A stretch of 64,000 nucleotides of DNA from an uncultured Nitrospinota bacterium (GCA_963707985.1 CAVPRW010000024.1:180227-244226), one strand, 5' to 3'. Positions 41,993 to 54,019 are shown, counted from the first letter of the stretch. Translations and numbers: made by a program. Notes: generated by a model not told the origin, from the letters alone.

Positions 41993-44029
41993 TCAAGCTG
42001 GTGCCACTTCGACCATGGCATCGAAAGCGGCCTGGCCCGCGGAGAAGTGGAAGATGTCGACCGCCTCATCTGGAATCGCCGGCGCCCCTGACGTCAATCG
42101 GTTCAGCCCCTCCCAACCATCGCGCATCCACACCGTCCCAGATGGGATGCGTTCGGTCACCTGGGCATACGCCTGAAACTCGCCGCGCTCGTTATAGATG
42201 CGAATCGGTCCACCGTCCTGGAGGCCACGGGTGGCGGCATCCAGCGGCGAGATCCACAGCCGCGGGGCGGGATCGAGCTTGGCCAATGAGGGCAGGGCGC
42301 GTCCGTGGTCGTAGAAACTATGAAAGTGCGTCAACGTTCGTCCCTGGCGCAACGTCAGCGGATACGGCGAGGGCGGCAACGGCTCATACACCGGCAGTGG
42401 AGGCAGACCAAGCGCTCGTGCACGGTCCGAGAAAAACTCTACCTTCGTCGACGGCGTATCATAGCGGTGATCGGGATAGGCCACGTGTGAGATGTGCATG
42501 GCTCTGATCCCACCCTCAGCGCGCAGATCGGCCACGGTCGCATAGCCCGTCGAGGGATGGGCGAGGAGGGCGTCGATCATCGCTTCCTCCGTTTCCCAGG
42601 GGAAGAACTCTGTGACGCCGAGACGATCCGCCAGGGCTCTCAGAATCCAGGTCAGAGGGCGTGTCTCCCCCGGCGCTTCGAGGGCCTGCTCCATGAGGTA
42701 GAGATGCGTGTTGGTCATCTTGCAGCCCAACTGCTCCAGCCAGGCAGTGCCGGGGAGAACGACATCGGCGAAGCGGCGTGCCGTGCCATTCATGAACAGG
42801 TCGTGGCAGACAATGAGGTCCGTGCGGGCGAAACCGGCCTCCAGACGCTCAGCATCCGCGAATGATGACAGCATATCGGTGCCAAACAGCAGCATGGCGC
42901 GGACGCGGCCGTCGAGAAGCGATTCGATCATGTGCGACATCTGGTTCGGGATGTAGGTGCCGGGTGGACGGGCGCTCGTCGGGACAATGCTCGCCAGCGC
43001 CTGGCCGTGGCTGGTGCTGCCATGCCGAGGCCCCAGACCGCTGCCTGGCAACCCCAGGTTGCCGGTGAGAGCCGGGAGGCAGGCGATCGCGCGTCCGTTT
43101 TGCCAACCATTGGCGCCCTTGTGCATGGAACTGCCACCCATGAGGATCATTGACGGCCGCGTAGCGGCATAGCGGCGGGCCAGTGCCACGATCTGCGCGG
43201 CCGGGATACCAGTGATGTCAGCGGCCCATGTGGGTGAATAGTGTTTCACATGTGCCGCCAGCTCTGCAAAACCCACCGTATGGTGCGCCACGAAATCCCG
43301 ACTGTAGAGCTCTTCACCGATGATCACGTGCATCAGCGCCAGGGCCAGGGCAGCATCCGTACCAGGGCGGATTCGCAGCACCTCATCCGATTGCGCGGCG
43401 GCTTCCGTGTCACGCACGTCGATGGTCACGACGTAAGCGCCGCGACGTTTAGCGGCGATCAGGTAACGGCCCGTATTGGGCTGACTGGTGAGATTGGCTC
43501 CCCAGAGGATGATGAGATTGGCGTGCTGGCCCATATCCTCCTTGGTGTTGGTTTCGAGAATGCCGGTGAGCCCAAGTCCAAAGGCGCCCAGTCCCCAGCA
43601 AATCATCGTGGGATTCCACTGCTGGCAGCCATAGAGATGGGCAAAGCGACGCATGAGCTGGCCGCCGATACGTGTGCCATAGTTGGTGGCGGAATTACCA
43701 TGTCCGGACCAGATGCCCACCGCCTCTCGTCCGACCGCCTGCATACGCTCAACGATCAGGTCCAGCGCCTCATCCCAGCTCGCCTCACGCCAGGCATCGT
43801 CGGTGCGGTGAGTGCGAATCAGTGGCCGCAGCAGCCGCTTGGGATTGCCGATGATCTCATGGGAGGCCTGCCCACGCACGCAGAGAAAGCCCTGGCTGTC
43901 GGGGTTGTCGTGATCGCCACTGATCTTCACGAGCCGTCCATCGTCGACCTCCACCAGCATGCCGCACAAGGTCGGATGACAGCTCATCGGGCACATGGTC
44001 CGGACAATGCGACGTCCGCTCGCCTGCAT
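41993..44029 (-). CDS. Molybdopterin-dependent oxidoreductase
   Basis: CPMSCHPTLC..LCVRG 4Fe-4S motif, SWDEALD, PGTDAALAL, ADVVLP, C-terminal RTLTHFHS..NERG. Confidence 0.93.
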   Translation of the reverse strand: MQASGRRIVRTMCPMSCHPTLCGMLVEVDDGRLVKISGDHDNPDSQGFLCVRGQASHEIIGNPKRLLRPLIRTHRTDDAWREASWDEALDLIVERMQAVGREAVGIWSGHGNSATNYGTRIGGQLMRRFAHLYGCQQWNPTMICWGLGAFGLGLTGILETNTKEDMGQHANLIILWGANLTSQPNTGRYLIAAKRRGAYVVTIDVRDTEAAAQSDEVLRIRPGTDAALALALMHVIIGEELYSRDFVAHHTVGFAELAAHVKHYSPTWAADITGIPAAQIVALARRYAATRPSMILMGGSSMHKGANGWQNGRAIACLPALTGNLGLPGSGLGPRHGSTSHGQALASIVPTSARPPGTYIPNQMSHMIESLLDGRVRAMLLFGTDMLSSFADAERLEAGFARTDLIVCHDLFMNGTARRFADVVLPGTAWLEQLGCKMTNTHLYLMEQALEAPGETRPLTWILRALADRLGVTEFFPWETEEAMIDALLAHPSTGYATVADLRAEGGIRAMHISHVAYPDHRYDTPSTKVEFFSDRARALGLPPLPVYEPLPPSPYPLTLRQGRTLTHFHSFYDHGRALPSLAKLDPAPRLWISPLDAATRGLQDGGPIRIYNERGEFQAYAQVTERIPSGTVWMRDGWEGLNRLTSGAPAIPDEAVDIFHFSAGQAAFDAMVEVAPA

Positions 44030-44143
44030 GGGGCTTCCCTCCGTTCGCTTTCCGCATATCACGCTCCGCCATTCGTTCCCCCTCCAAAAGTGTCAGCGTT
44101 GGGAGGTGCGCTCATCCTAAGGTTACACAGATGTTGTGTCATA

Positions 44144-45135
44144 AGTGGTTGCAAGTTTTAGGCACGACAGAAACGCCTCAAATTGATCAAGGTGTAGGCC
44201 ATCAACTTCATCCCGTAGTGGCGCTGCTGGATGTGCTCGAAACGGAGCAGCAACCGCTTGAATTTGTCCTCCCACGCAAACGTCCGCTCGACGCGCTCCC
44301 GTAACGCATGGATCGCGTCATTGAACAACCGCTTGCGCCCGCGCTTGGGGGTCTTGCGGTTGCGCGGGTTCTCCTTGATGTTCGGAATCATCCCCGCATT
44401 GAAGATCGCCTTGCGATTGCGCCTTGGAATCGAACCCACCATCAAGATTGAGATACGCACCTTCCAGCTCCAAACCCGTGCAGCTTGGCCACCCGCTTCA
44501 AGGCCTTCAACCCCTCGGGCAACAACACCGTATCCGCTTCGTTGACCGGTGCCACCGGCAGGGGAGCCAACACATAGCCGTTGTTGTCGATGATCGCGAT
44601 GACTTTCTCCCCCTTCTGGTGTTTGTGGCCGGAATAGCCAATGCCGTCACCGCCTTTTTTGGCCACCGTGTTGGTGCCATCACCATGCAGGACGCGGAGA
44701 TCGAGTTGGTTGTGGTCCGACAGATGCCCCACACTGGCGATAAAGGCCTGCTCAAGTGAGCCGTCGTCTGACCACCTGGCGAAGACTTTGTAGACGGTCG
44801 TATAGTGGATTGTCGGCCTTGCCGTCGCGTCTTTGGGCACGGGCAAGCACTTCCATTGCATGCCCGTGTAGAGCACCCATAAGATGAGGTTGAAGACGCG
44901 ATGATAGCCGAGTTTGCACTTGGGTCCACGCTTGGGCATGGAGAGGTGCGGCAAGATAAATTGCTTGAACTCGGATGGCGGAGAGTTGGACGGGAATCGG
45001 CGTCGTTGCGGGCTTTTTCTGGCAGTGCGGGCATGATGAATTGGCCTCATTTGAAGATCGCTGAGATCGTTTTTGGGAGACGGTATCTTCAAACGTTATA
45101 AGATGTTAGGCCAATTCGCAAAACTCGCAACCACT
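44144..45135 (-). mobile_element. IS5-family insertion sequence (frameshifted DDE transposase)
   Basis: Terminal IRs AGTGGTTGCAAGTTTT / AAAACTCGCAACCACT with flanking TA; transposase ILWVLYTGMQWKCLP, DGT, RERVERTFAW on minus strand 44158 to ~45030. Confidence 0.9.
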
Positions 45136-45136
45136 T

Positions 45137-45782
45137 ATGCACAAACGTTGGGATGCGGGCTGTCATCCTGGGGTGCACCTCTGGCGTGAAATGCAGGCGC
45201 TGGGCTTCCCCGGTACACGCCGCCTGGTCTCCAACGGGGTGGTGCTGCGCCGCGAGCTTGAGCTCGGCCGCCCATCAGCGTATGGTCGCCGTCCGGCGCT
45301 GCCCAACGAGCCGGCCGTAAGACTCTTGCCAGCGCCGGCTGCGGCGGTAGGCCATCCCCTGCCGGCCCCCTGGCAGCTGGTCTGGGTCCTCTTACGTCCC
45401 GAAGAGGCCTTGTTACCATCCGATGCAGAGGTCCTCCAGGAGCTACGTCAGGACAGGGACCTGATAACGCCTATACGTTAACCCAGCGTGTTCGCCAGAT
45501 GAGGCGTGCGCGGGCCGCTTCAACCCTTGACCTGTGGCTGACAGACTGCCTCGCGAGTGGGATGCCAGAGCTGGTCCACTTCGCCCGCGGCTTACAGCGC
45601 GAGCGCGCTGCTGTGCAGGCAGCCCTCACGCGGCCCTACAGCAACGGGCAGATCGAGGGCCAGATCACGACATTGAAACTCCTGAAGCGACAAGGCTATG
45701 GGCGCGCGAAGCTCGATTGGCTCCGCCAGCGGATGCTGCACGCTGCTTGATGACACCTGAGCACGAAAGCTGCGGGAGAGCC
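45137..45782 (+). mobile_element. ISL3-family transposase 3' fragment with right end
   Basis: RWDAGC..LWRE..GFPG; SNGQIEGQITTLKLLKRQGYGRA; ends in GCTGCGGGAGAGCC, typical of an ISL3 terminus. Confidence 0.82.
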
Positions 45783-45991
45783 AGCAGGCGGGGTCCACTA
45801 CAAGTACCGTCACCCCAGCATCAGCAGTTGAAAATGATACGAAACGCCTGAACCCACTGGTATAAGCGGTGGCTATCGACTCCTTTTTGTCATTCCTGCA
45901 CAAGCACGACCCCCTACGAAGCATCGATTTTACGAGGGTCCGGCTTGGTGCAGGAATAGACGCTAACCTGCAAACTGAGTCACTACGCTAG

Positions 45992-48357
45992 CTACTTCTC
46001 CTCACGAAGGATTTCCAGCCGCTGGAAAATCGCCAATACCGTCACGGCCGTTAAGATCAATGCCTGCACGTAAAGTACCCACGGTTTACGGGCGTGTAGC
46101 CACTCCAGATAACGAAGGAAGACGATCTTGATGAAGCCAGCAGGACCTGTTGCCAACTTGCCGACCTGCCCAAGAAGGACAAGGTTGAGCGCTCCGTCGA
46201 ATTGGAGCGATTTGATCCGAAAATTCTTCAAGCCATCCAGGATGACGAAATCATCCTCCTCGATTTTGGCTCCTTCCTCATCAAACTCCCTAAAAATGAT
46301 CTTGCCACCATTGTCGATGACTGTCTGATGTTCTGCTCCGCTCTTCTCCCTGTTTCGTGAGATCCACCGCTGTCACGGGAACATTCTTCAAGGCGAACAT
46401 AGCCTGGGGGGCCAATTCGAGGGTTAGAGTCATGGTTTCGTTTCGACCCGAGAAGCCAATCTCGTGCTGGCGTTCAGGCGTCAGGCGCAGGACCTTGGAG
46501 TCAAAGTCGTACTGAGCAGGCAGGTCGTTCACTTCACAATAATCGCACGAGAGGTGAAGTCTCTCGCTGACCGCGATTTTTCCGGTGGTCGTCCCCCCAT
46601 CAATGCGGACTGTTAGCGTCCTTGGCTCACCCTCAACAGAGGAGAGGGTCACACGCACCCCGGGCGTTACACCTAGCTCGTTCAACGTGACATCTGCTAA
46701 GGTCGCGCTGGTGAAAGCCCCTTTGGAGGTGATAAGCATTTGTCCCCCTGTCCTTATTCGCTGCCAGCCCGAAGCAGCCGCGATTTCAAGAGCGCTGGGC
46801 CCTAGCTCTATGGTTCGAAAATTTTGGAGCCTTAACGACACCACGTTGATAGCATTGAGCAGACCGTTAGTCCCTTGCTCCCCTAATGTAAAAGCGACCT
46901 GGCTGACTTTCAAAATGATCTCCGCCTCTGAGCTCTTCTTCAGCAGAGCTAAAGGTGCGGAGACGATAGCAGCAAGGACAAATGGAAGAATCAAGAGTAG
47001 ACGTAGTAATCTGCGGCGCAGACGCCCAGCAACTCTGGCCTGTTCCTCAGCCCGTCGCCGCTGCTCTTCTGCCAGGGTTTGCGCCTGCTCCAGTTCGCGC
47101 TGGCGGACAGCCTCCCTCTTCTCCGCCTCGGCCAGTTCTTGTTGCTTCAGGTACCGAGCCCGCCAATCCAGGATCGCCGGGGCCAGGACGTCATGGAAAA
47201 TCTCGTAACGCAGCATGGTCGGCTGATCAGGCAGCGGCGCGACAGGGCGCAGAATGCGGACGTCCCCGCGGCAAAGTTTTTCCAACACCAGGACTGAGTT
47301 GCATTTGCGGCAGTTGGGCGTATTCAGCCAAGTCAGGAGACAGCGTGGGCGATTTTGGTGCCGGACGGGGTGACAAGATAGTGAAAGATGCTCGCCGCAA
47401 TTTCCTGTTCGTTCGGCAACAATGTGCTCATGACTGCATCCAGGTGCGTCCGAACAATGCGTTCCGCCCCGCCCAGGCGATCCATCGTTTCCAGCCGTAG
47501 GATGTGTGAGCCGGCGCGCAGCTCTTCATCCCAGAGGCGGGTCATCACGAGTTGCAGATAAGGCGTTTCAATGTGGGCGTCGATAGCCTGGCCCTTGACC
47601 ACGCCGCGTCCGGCTTCGCCCAGAATGACCTGTCCCGTTTCGACTTGCTCCAATACTGCCTCAACCAACTTCGGTTCTATAGCGATCTGCTCTGCATCTT
47701 GTGCGTGCAGACGATTGTACTGCTTAATCGGCTCCGTCTATCGCCGCGCGTGCCGCCTTGCGGTCAAGGTGCTCGATGCGCAAATAATTATCGAACAAGA
47801 TGGGGATGCGACCCTCAAAGCGGTCTAATTTGGCGAGGGCATCTTCTCGAATCGCGATCAAGAAGCTGACTGGTGCATCGGCCTGCATGACCGCTGTCGG
47901 AAACTCCTGGGCAAACGCATCATCCTGGGGATGGTACAGAAAATACTCCTCGAACTGGTCGAGGATGACCATCAAGCGGCGATCGAGCCGTGCAGCGCAC
48001 GCCGCCAGATTTTCAGCCAGAGATGTGGCATCGGCGGGTGGGACACCCTGGCCATTGGCGCTGGCCACGGCCTCGGCAATAGCGGCCTGAAGATCGCCGA
48101 GCGGCTCAGTCTGCCAGGTATGGAACTCCACGACGAGCACGTCGTCACGTGCACGCAAATGGTTGATGACGCCGGCGCGCAGGATGGAAGACTTGCCGAC
48201 GCCGCTCGCGCCATATAACAACGTCAGCGGCGAGGCAAACAGATTGGCAGCGATCAGTCGCGTCTCCTTCTCACGTCCAAAGAAGAACAGGCGCGTCGTC
48301 TGCTTCATAGGGGATCAACCCTTGATAGGGCGAACGGCGTTGAGATGCTGACTCCAC
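45992..48357 (-). CDS. STAND-class (nSTAND1-like) NTPase with coiled coil, TM helix, beta-rich domain and C-terminal TM (multiple frameshifts)
   Basis: SPYQGLIPY..FFGRE, LYGASGVGKSS, ILDQFEE, IREDAL, PYLQLVMTRLW, LVTPSGTK, YEIFHDVLAPAI; then TM RLLLILPFVLAAIV. Confidence 0.82.
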
Positions 48358-48383
48358 GATGATTGCACCCTGCTGTCGGATTC

Positions 48384-49296
48384 TTAACGCGACGTGAGTT
48401 CCTGCACAAACTCCTCGATCGTCATATCGTACACCTCAACACCGCGCTCCTGCCAGAAGCGTCGTTCCAGTGGCTTCGGCTTGTACTGAATGGCCCACGA
48501 CTTAATGCCCTTGGCGCCGATCCCTGCGGGGCGTAAATCCTTCTCGATGCGGTTCAAGACGACGCGTAGGTTCCAGTCGTACAGGCCATACCCCAGGAAC
48601 AAAAAGGCTCGAGTCTGGAAACGGTTCGGCGAAGATGGCGGGAATGGCTTTGTTCTTGGTCATGCGCACCAGAAAGTCAATGTAATCGTCTTCGGTGATC
48701 ACGTATTGATCGCGAGTTGACTGACGACGATCCACTGCGCCATGCATCTTGTAGATGACCGTGACCGTCTGGAGGTCGATGTCGAGCTTGTTCGCAGTTG
48801 ACCCTACGGGGCTCGGGAGTGCCATGCTCCCACCACAAGAGTTGGTCGCCGACAGTTGGGTGGGTGGTGTGAATCACCAGATCGTATTCATGGCCTTTGG
48901 CATCGAAGGCACGCTCGATGAGGTCATCGTAGTTGGTGGTGACAATTAACAACGGGGCGGCAACGTCGGCGAGGAAGGTGTGGAGTGAGCGTGAGAGGAT
49001 AATCGCGGTTAAAGATGCTGCGCAATTCCATCGTGCAATTTGTCGCGGCCAACGACCACATCATAGTACTGAGCCACTTTCGTGAGGTCTGGTGGCTCAT
49101 CGTTGGGGAACTTCGTCATCTGGACCAGATATCCTGCCAGTTCGGCCGCAGTCGGGAGGTAGTTCGCCAGGCCTTTCACCCAGGTGACATCAGACTCGCG
49201 ACCCCCCAGCGACGCGCCTGAGCCGAGGAAGGGGATAACTCGACCATCAAGGAGTCCATCACGAATGGAACGATACGGGGGGGCTAGTTGGTCCAT
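48384..49296 (-). CDS. SIR2-like domain protein (multiple frameshifts)
   Basis: VIPFLGSGAS, IVTTNYDDLIERA, IYKMHG, VITEDDY, FLGYGLYDWNLR. Confidence 0.88.
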
Positions 49297-49814
49297 GGAC
49301 TGACTCCGGCTGCACATATCGCAGAAGGGGAAGCGAAAAAGTCAATCTAATGCCTCTTCAGTGATCGCTTGGCTGTCTCGCTTGGGACTGACACGATTCA
49401 TCGAACCGTCGATTGTCAAGACCACTTTGCGCTATTGGCCGACACTCAGGTACGCTCGATCCGCCAGGCAGCCTTTCGGAGCTTCTTATACCACACGCTA
49501 TCATAGTTAGCAATAGCATTGATTATCTTGCGCAATTCTCCATTCTTGTGGGTTGTTCATATACTGTCGGCGTTGCACCGACGCTACTCGCTGCGTCATG
49601 GACAGCCAGAGTCCCCTACGCCCGGTCATGGCAAAGCACCGTCTGATCGACGATGCCGCCTCCCATGGACAATAGGCGCGGTCAGCAGCGAAAGGTGGGA
49701 TGCTTATGAGCGCAACCTGGTTGTCTCAGCGGTAGTACTTTTACGCATAGTCGGCTATGATGTCGCAAAGCATCAGGCAGCGGAACAGGCAGGTGAGTGG
49801 CTGAAGAAGAGGTT

Positions 49815-50025
49815 ATGACATTACACTTTGATGAGAAACCTGACGCGATTTATTTCAGGCTGCATGATTCCGAAGATCATCGAGTTCTGATCTAAAGAGA
49901 TCAGCCCTGGCAGCATACTCGACTTCGACGAACACAACCACGTGGTGGGCATTGAAATTCTGAACAGGAAAGATTCGAGTCCGGCGTGCCAGTCTCCTTC
50001 ATCGCCTCTTGGAGGAGTGCAATGA
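49815..50025 (+). pseudogene. DUF2283-family small protein remnant
   Basis: MTLHFDEKPDAIYFRL...EISPGSILDFDEHNHVVGIEILN with frameshift/stop. Confidence 0.65.
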
Positions 50026-50349
50026 GTCAGGTCATCAATTACCATGGCTTGGAAATCTCGACGCGATAGGATCGCCGACTTCTGCCACCGTTGGAAGATC
50101 ACCGAGTTCGCTTTTTTCGGCTCAGTCCTCCGCGACGATTTCCGACCCGACAGCGACATTGATGTCTTGGTGAGCTTTGCCCCCGATGCCTCCTGGAGAT
50201 TCTATGACCTCATCAGCATGAAGGAAGAGCTAGAGGCCATGTTCGGCCGCCCCGTCGATCTGGTCGAAAAGCGCCTCATCGAGAGCAGCGAAAACTACAT
50301 CCGTCGCAACCATATCTTAAACCATATGGAAACCATTTATGTGGCGTGA
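50022..50349 (+). CDS. MNT-type nucleotidyltransferase antitoxin
   Basis: FFGSVLRDDFRPDSDIDVLV, RPVDLV; GGAGGAG RBS before ATG 50022, early frameshift. Confidence 0.88.
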
Positions 50350-50682
50350 CGTCGCCTGGGTTCTTGATATGCTACAAGCCTCTCGAAAGGCCGTCAATTA
50401 TGCGCGCGGCCTGAGCGAGGAACAGTTTGAGGCGAGTAGCCTGCACCAAGACGCTATTTTGCGCCAGTTGACCATTGTTGGAGAAGCTGCGAAACGCGTG
50501 TCTGCAGAATTTCGTGCCAGACCAACACGAGAATTCCGTGGCGGCAGATCGCGGGGTTCCGAGATGTCGTTGTGCATGATTATGCACGGGTGGACTTGCA
50601 GGAAGTATGGCGCATTGTTCAGCAGGATTTGCCAACCTTAATAGCCCTCCTGGAACCGCTTGTGCCTCCGGAAGAAGTCTAA
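50339..50682 (+). CDS. HEPN (DUF86/HepT-like) RNase toxin, frameshift near 50520
   Basis: QDAILRQLTIVGEAAKRVS; shifted frame IPWRQIAGFRDVVVHDY (Rx4H). Confidence 0.88.
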
Positions 50683-51321
50683 GGAATGCCCAAGAACTTG
50701 TGGGTCTGCAGGCTCAGGCGCCATTGCGGGTGCTCAAGACAGTAGCGCAGGGCGAGTTGTGTATTCCAGGCACGTGCTGGGTCATCCAGGGGTTGCAGGA
50801 AAAAATGGCGGAAATCGAGATCCTCGAAGCGCTCTGGCTCAGCCCCTGCCTGTGGGAAAATCAGCTTGAGCTCGTCTCCGGTGCGTAATACCAGGTTCGC
50901 TCTGGCCTTGGGGCTGACGCAGATCCAGTCGATGCCGGGTGGGGGAAGTCGCGTCCCGTTGGTTTCGATCGCCACCTCAAACCCGCGCTCGTGAAGCGCC
51001 GTCACCAGAGGTTCGTCGAGCTGCAGCAGCGGCTCGCCACCCGTGCAGATCACCAGCGGCCGGACGCGCGGCGAGTCTTGGACCAGGCCACAGCGCCGCC
51101 ACGGCCTGCGCCAGAGCCGGCGCTGAGTCAAATCGTCCGCCTCCAGAACCATCCGTGCCAACGAACTCGGTGTCGCAGAAGCGGCAGATGGCTGTGGCAC
51201 GATCCTCTTCGCGTCCGGACCAGAGATTGCATCCGGCAAACCGGCAAAAGACAGATGGACGTCCGGTATTCGCACCTTCGCCTTGGAGGGAGTAAAATAT
51301 CTCTTTGACGGCGTAGCTCAT
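50679..51321 (-). CDS. queE: 7-carboxy-7-deazaguanine synthase (radical SAM), frameshift near 51070
   Basis: EIFYSLQGEG, CX14CX2C (CNLWSGREEDRATAICRFC), TGGEPLLQ, IETNGT, WICVSPK, LSLQTHK. Confidence 0.95.
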
Positions 51322-51604
51322 GCTGGCACCTGTGCGCTGAACCGATATGCTGAGCAGCGATCATGGGTGTCTCGACCGCATACACGGGCCTGGAAGCGTG
51401 TTTCTCACCACGTAGCATATCACAACCCTGCATTTGCACCAAGCCTCGAACCGGTCCCAGAGGCAGTTTCCCCTTGACAGGACCGAGCCGGTATGGGAGA
51501 AGGAGCGGAGAGCTACGGTCTTTTTGCCGCAGGCATTGACACCGCAGACTTGCGGGCGGCAAAATGACTTCTCGATAGATGTGCACGTCATGGAGGATCA
51601 GGCT

Positions 51605-52609
51605 ATGGCTCAGGCCACACAGACGCAGGCCGTTCCAGTACTCACTCAAGATGATGTCCTGACAAAACTGCGCTCAACGGTGCATCCCGCCGCAGCGCAA
51701 CAGTATTTTGCACTGTACTCCAGCATCCTGGGCGGGGTCGTCACCGATCCGGCGCTGATGGTCATCCCCTTTGACGATCATATGGTTCATCGCGGACATG
51801 CGGTCTTTGATACAGCGGCGATCGTGAACGGTATGATGTATCAATTGGAAGCCCACCTTAACCGTTTCGAGCGCTCGGCGTCGATGGCGCGCATCCCCCT
51901 GCCATTTCCACGCCACCAGCTGCGCGAGATCATCTTGGAAACTGCCGGGGCCAGCGGGCAACGCGATGCTGCGGTGCGCTACTGGGCGTCGGTGGGCCCA
52001 GGCGGCTTTGGCCTGGCGCCGAGCGAGTGCGTCGGTAGCTCGTTTCACGTGATGATCTATGCAGCCTCGAAAACTCCCGCGTCGGTCTATACCGAGGGCT
52101 TGAAGTTCATTACGAGCTCGATTCCGATCAAACCGCCCTATTTTGCCCGCTGTAAATCGACCAATTATCTCCCCAACGCTCTGGTGGTCATGGAGGCCAA
52201 GGACAAGGGGGCTGACAATGGCATTTTCATCGACGCCCACGGCATGATCGGCGAAAGCTCGAACATGAACGTGGCGTTTGTGACGCAAGACCGTGTGCTG
52301 CGGCATCCAACCTTCGACGCCATCCTGGCGGGGTGTACCGTGACGCGCGTCCTGGAACTGGCCAAGCAGCTAGTCGACAACGGTCAGCTCAAGGATATCG
52401 TCATCGCCGACGTGTCGACCGAGGAAGCACGCCAGGCCGCGGAAATGCTGCTGGTGGGCAGTTCCGTGCATGTCGCCCCCATTACGCAATGGGATGGTCA
52501 ACCTGTCGGCGATGGCAAGCCGGGTCCGATCGCCAAAGCCCTGCTCGCGCTCATCGAAACCGATATGCACGAGGGCAGGGAGCAACTTATGCCCATCCCG
52601 TATCGGTAA
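51605..52609 (+). CDS. Aminotransferase class IV (D-amino-acid transaminase/ADC lyase-like)
   Basis: DHMVHRGHAVFDT, HLNRF, KSTNYLPN, ESSNMN, ILAGCT, GDGKPGP. Confidence 0.92.
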   Translation: MAQATQTQAVPVLTQDDVLTKLRSTVHPAAAQQYFALYSSILGGVVTDPALMVIPFDDHMVHRGHAVFDTAAIVNGMMYQLEAHLNRFERSASMARIPLPFPRHQLREIILETAGASGQRDAAVRYWASVGPGGFGLAPSECVGSSFHVMIYAASKTPASVYTEGLKFITSSIPIKPPYFARCKSTNYLPNALVVMEAKDKGADNGIFIDAHGMIGESSNMNVAFVTQDRVLRHPTFDAILAGCTVTRVLELAKQLVDNGQLKDIVIADVSTEEARQAAEMLLVGSSVHVAPITQWDGQPVGDGKPGPIAKALLALIETDMHEGREQLMPIPYR

Positions 52610-52777
52610 TGGAGTGACGAGAACAGGTGGGACCGAGTGGTGCATTTCACGGCATGAGTCAGATGTAGCCTCGGTCCTCAGCACTGGTTTTCTTGACTTC
52701 GCCAGTGTAAGGTGTTATGAAGCGCCGTCAGATTGCAGGTTGCAGGTTTATCGTGTGAGGGAGGTAGGAACCCCTGT

Positions 52778-53941
52778 ATGGCACAAACAACGCTATTCCC
52801 GGTCACGGTCGTTGGGAGCTGGTCTCGACCGCCCTGGCTGGTGCAGGCCCTACGCCGGCGCCAAGCGGGCGAGATCACCAAGGAGGAATTTGATCGTATT
52901 GCCGACGATGCGGTGCTCGCGGCGGTGAAGTATCAGGAGGATGCCGGCGTCGACATCGTCAGCGACGGTGAGGTACGCCGGGACAACTTCTACTCCTTCG
53001 TGGTGGAGAAGCTGTCCGGTATGAAGTTGATGAAGGTCTCAGAGCTGCTGGATTATGTGAAGGATCGTGCCGGCTTCGAGGAGGTCCTGCGGGCTTTGGA
53101 CGTGCCGGCCTTTGCCATCAAGAGCCCCATCGCCATCGACAAGATTGGACGCCGCGAGGGGCTGGCGCTGGATGAACTGGACTTTCTCAAGCAACACACC
53201 ACGCGGCAAACCAAGATCCCCCTTCCCGGTCCTTATCTGCTGACACGCTCCAGTTGGTTCGAAGGGTTGTCCGATAAGGCGTATCCGACCGCAGAGGAGT
53301 TGTCGGAGGACATCGTCCAGCTCCTGCGCCAGGAGATCGTCGCCCTGCGGGACCGTGGCGTGGATTTCATCCAGTTCGATGAACCGTCGCTGTCCCAGGT
53401 GGTCTATGGGGACGAGGCCGGCGAGACATTCATGTGCGCGGCGCTGAGCTCACGCAAGGATCCGACAGAGGAACTCGAGTTCGCGGTACGCTTGATGAAC
53501 GCTACCGTGGACGGCATTGACGGCGTTAAATTCGGCGTGCACGTCTGCCGTGGGAACTGGAGCCGCAAAGAAGAAGTGCTCCTCAAGGGCAACTACGGCC
53601 CCTTGCTGCCGTACCTCGTGCAGATGCACATCGACCAACTGGTCCTGGAGATGGCGACGCCGCGGGCTGGGGAACTGGACGTGTTTAAGGAGTATGCCAA
53701 CGAGAAGGAGCTTGGCCTGGGTGTGGTCAACCCACGGACGGACGAGATCGAGTCGCCAGCGATGATTGTCCAGCGGGTCAAGGAAGTCCTAAAATTCTTC
53801 GACCCGGAGAAGATCTACCTCAACCCTGATTGCGGCTTCGGGACGTTCGCCGAACGCTGTGTCAATACGTCGGAGACGGCCTATCGCAAGCTGAAGTCCA
53901 TCAGCGAGGCAGCAGCGCTGTTGCGTCAAGAATTTGCCTAA
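52778..53941 (+). CDS. Cobalamin-independent methionine synthase II family (MetE C-terminal-domain-only) protein
   Basis: TVVGSWSRP, SDGEVRR, IQFDEP, HVCRGN, NPDCGF. Confidence 0.92.
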   Translation: MAQTTLFPVTVVGSWSRPPWLVQALRRRQAGEITKEEFDRIADDAVLAAVKYQEDAGVDIVSDGEVRRDNFYSFVVEKLSGMKLMKVSELLDYVKDRAGFEEVLRALDVPAFAIKSPIAIDKIGRREGLALDELDFLKQHTTRQTKIPLPGPYLLTRSSWFEGLSDKAYPTAEELSEDIVQLLRQEIVALRDRGVDFIQFDEPSLSQVVYGDEAGETFMCAALSSRKDPTEELEFAVRLMNATVDGIDGVKFGVHVCRGNWSRKEEVLLKGNYGPLLPYLVQMHIDQLVLEMATPRAGELDVFKEYANEKELGLGVVNPRTDEIESPAMIVQRVKEVLKFFDPEKIYLNPDCGFGTFAERCVNTSETAYRKLKSISEAAALLRQEFA

Positions 53942-54019
53942 TGCAGTGCCCTGTGCGTGTTCCCGTTGACTTTGTTAGCCTGCCTTTTTCCACTCCTTGT
54001 GGGAGAAAATAGGCCTTTC

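Noticed and set aside
50679..51321. queE with folB as a 7-deazaguanine DNA-modification system
   Set aside because: queE is the ordinary CX14CX2C type, there are no dpd/tgt-like neighbours, and folB is ~48 kb away
52610..52777. SAM or cobalamin riboswitch upstream of MetE-like gene
   Set aside because: No recognisable aptamer consensus; only a promoter-like TTGACT-17-TATGAA and a short leader
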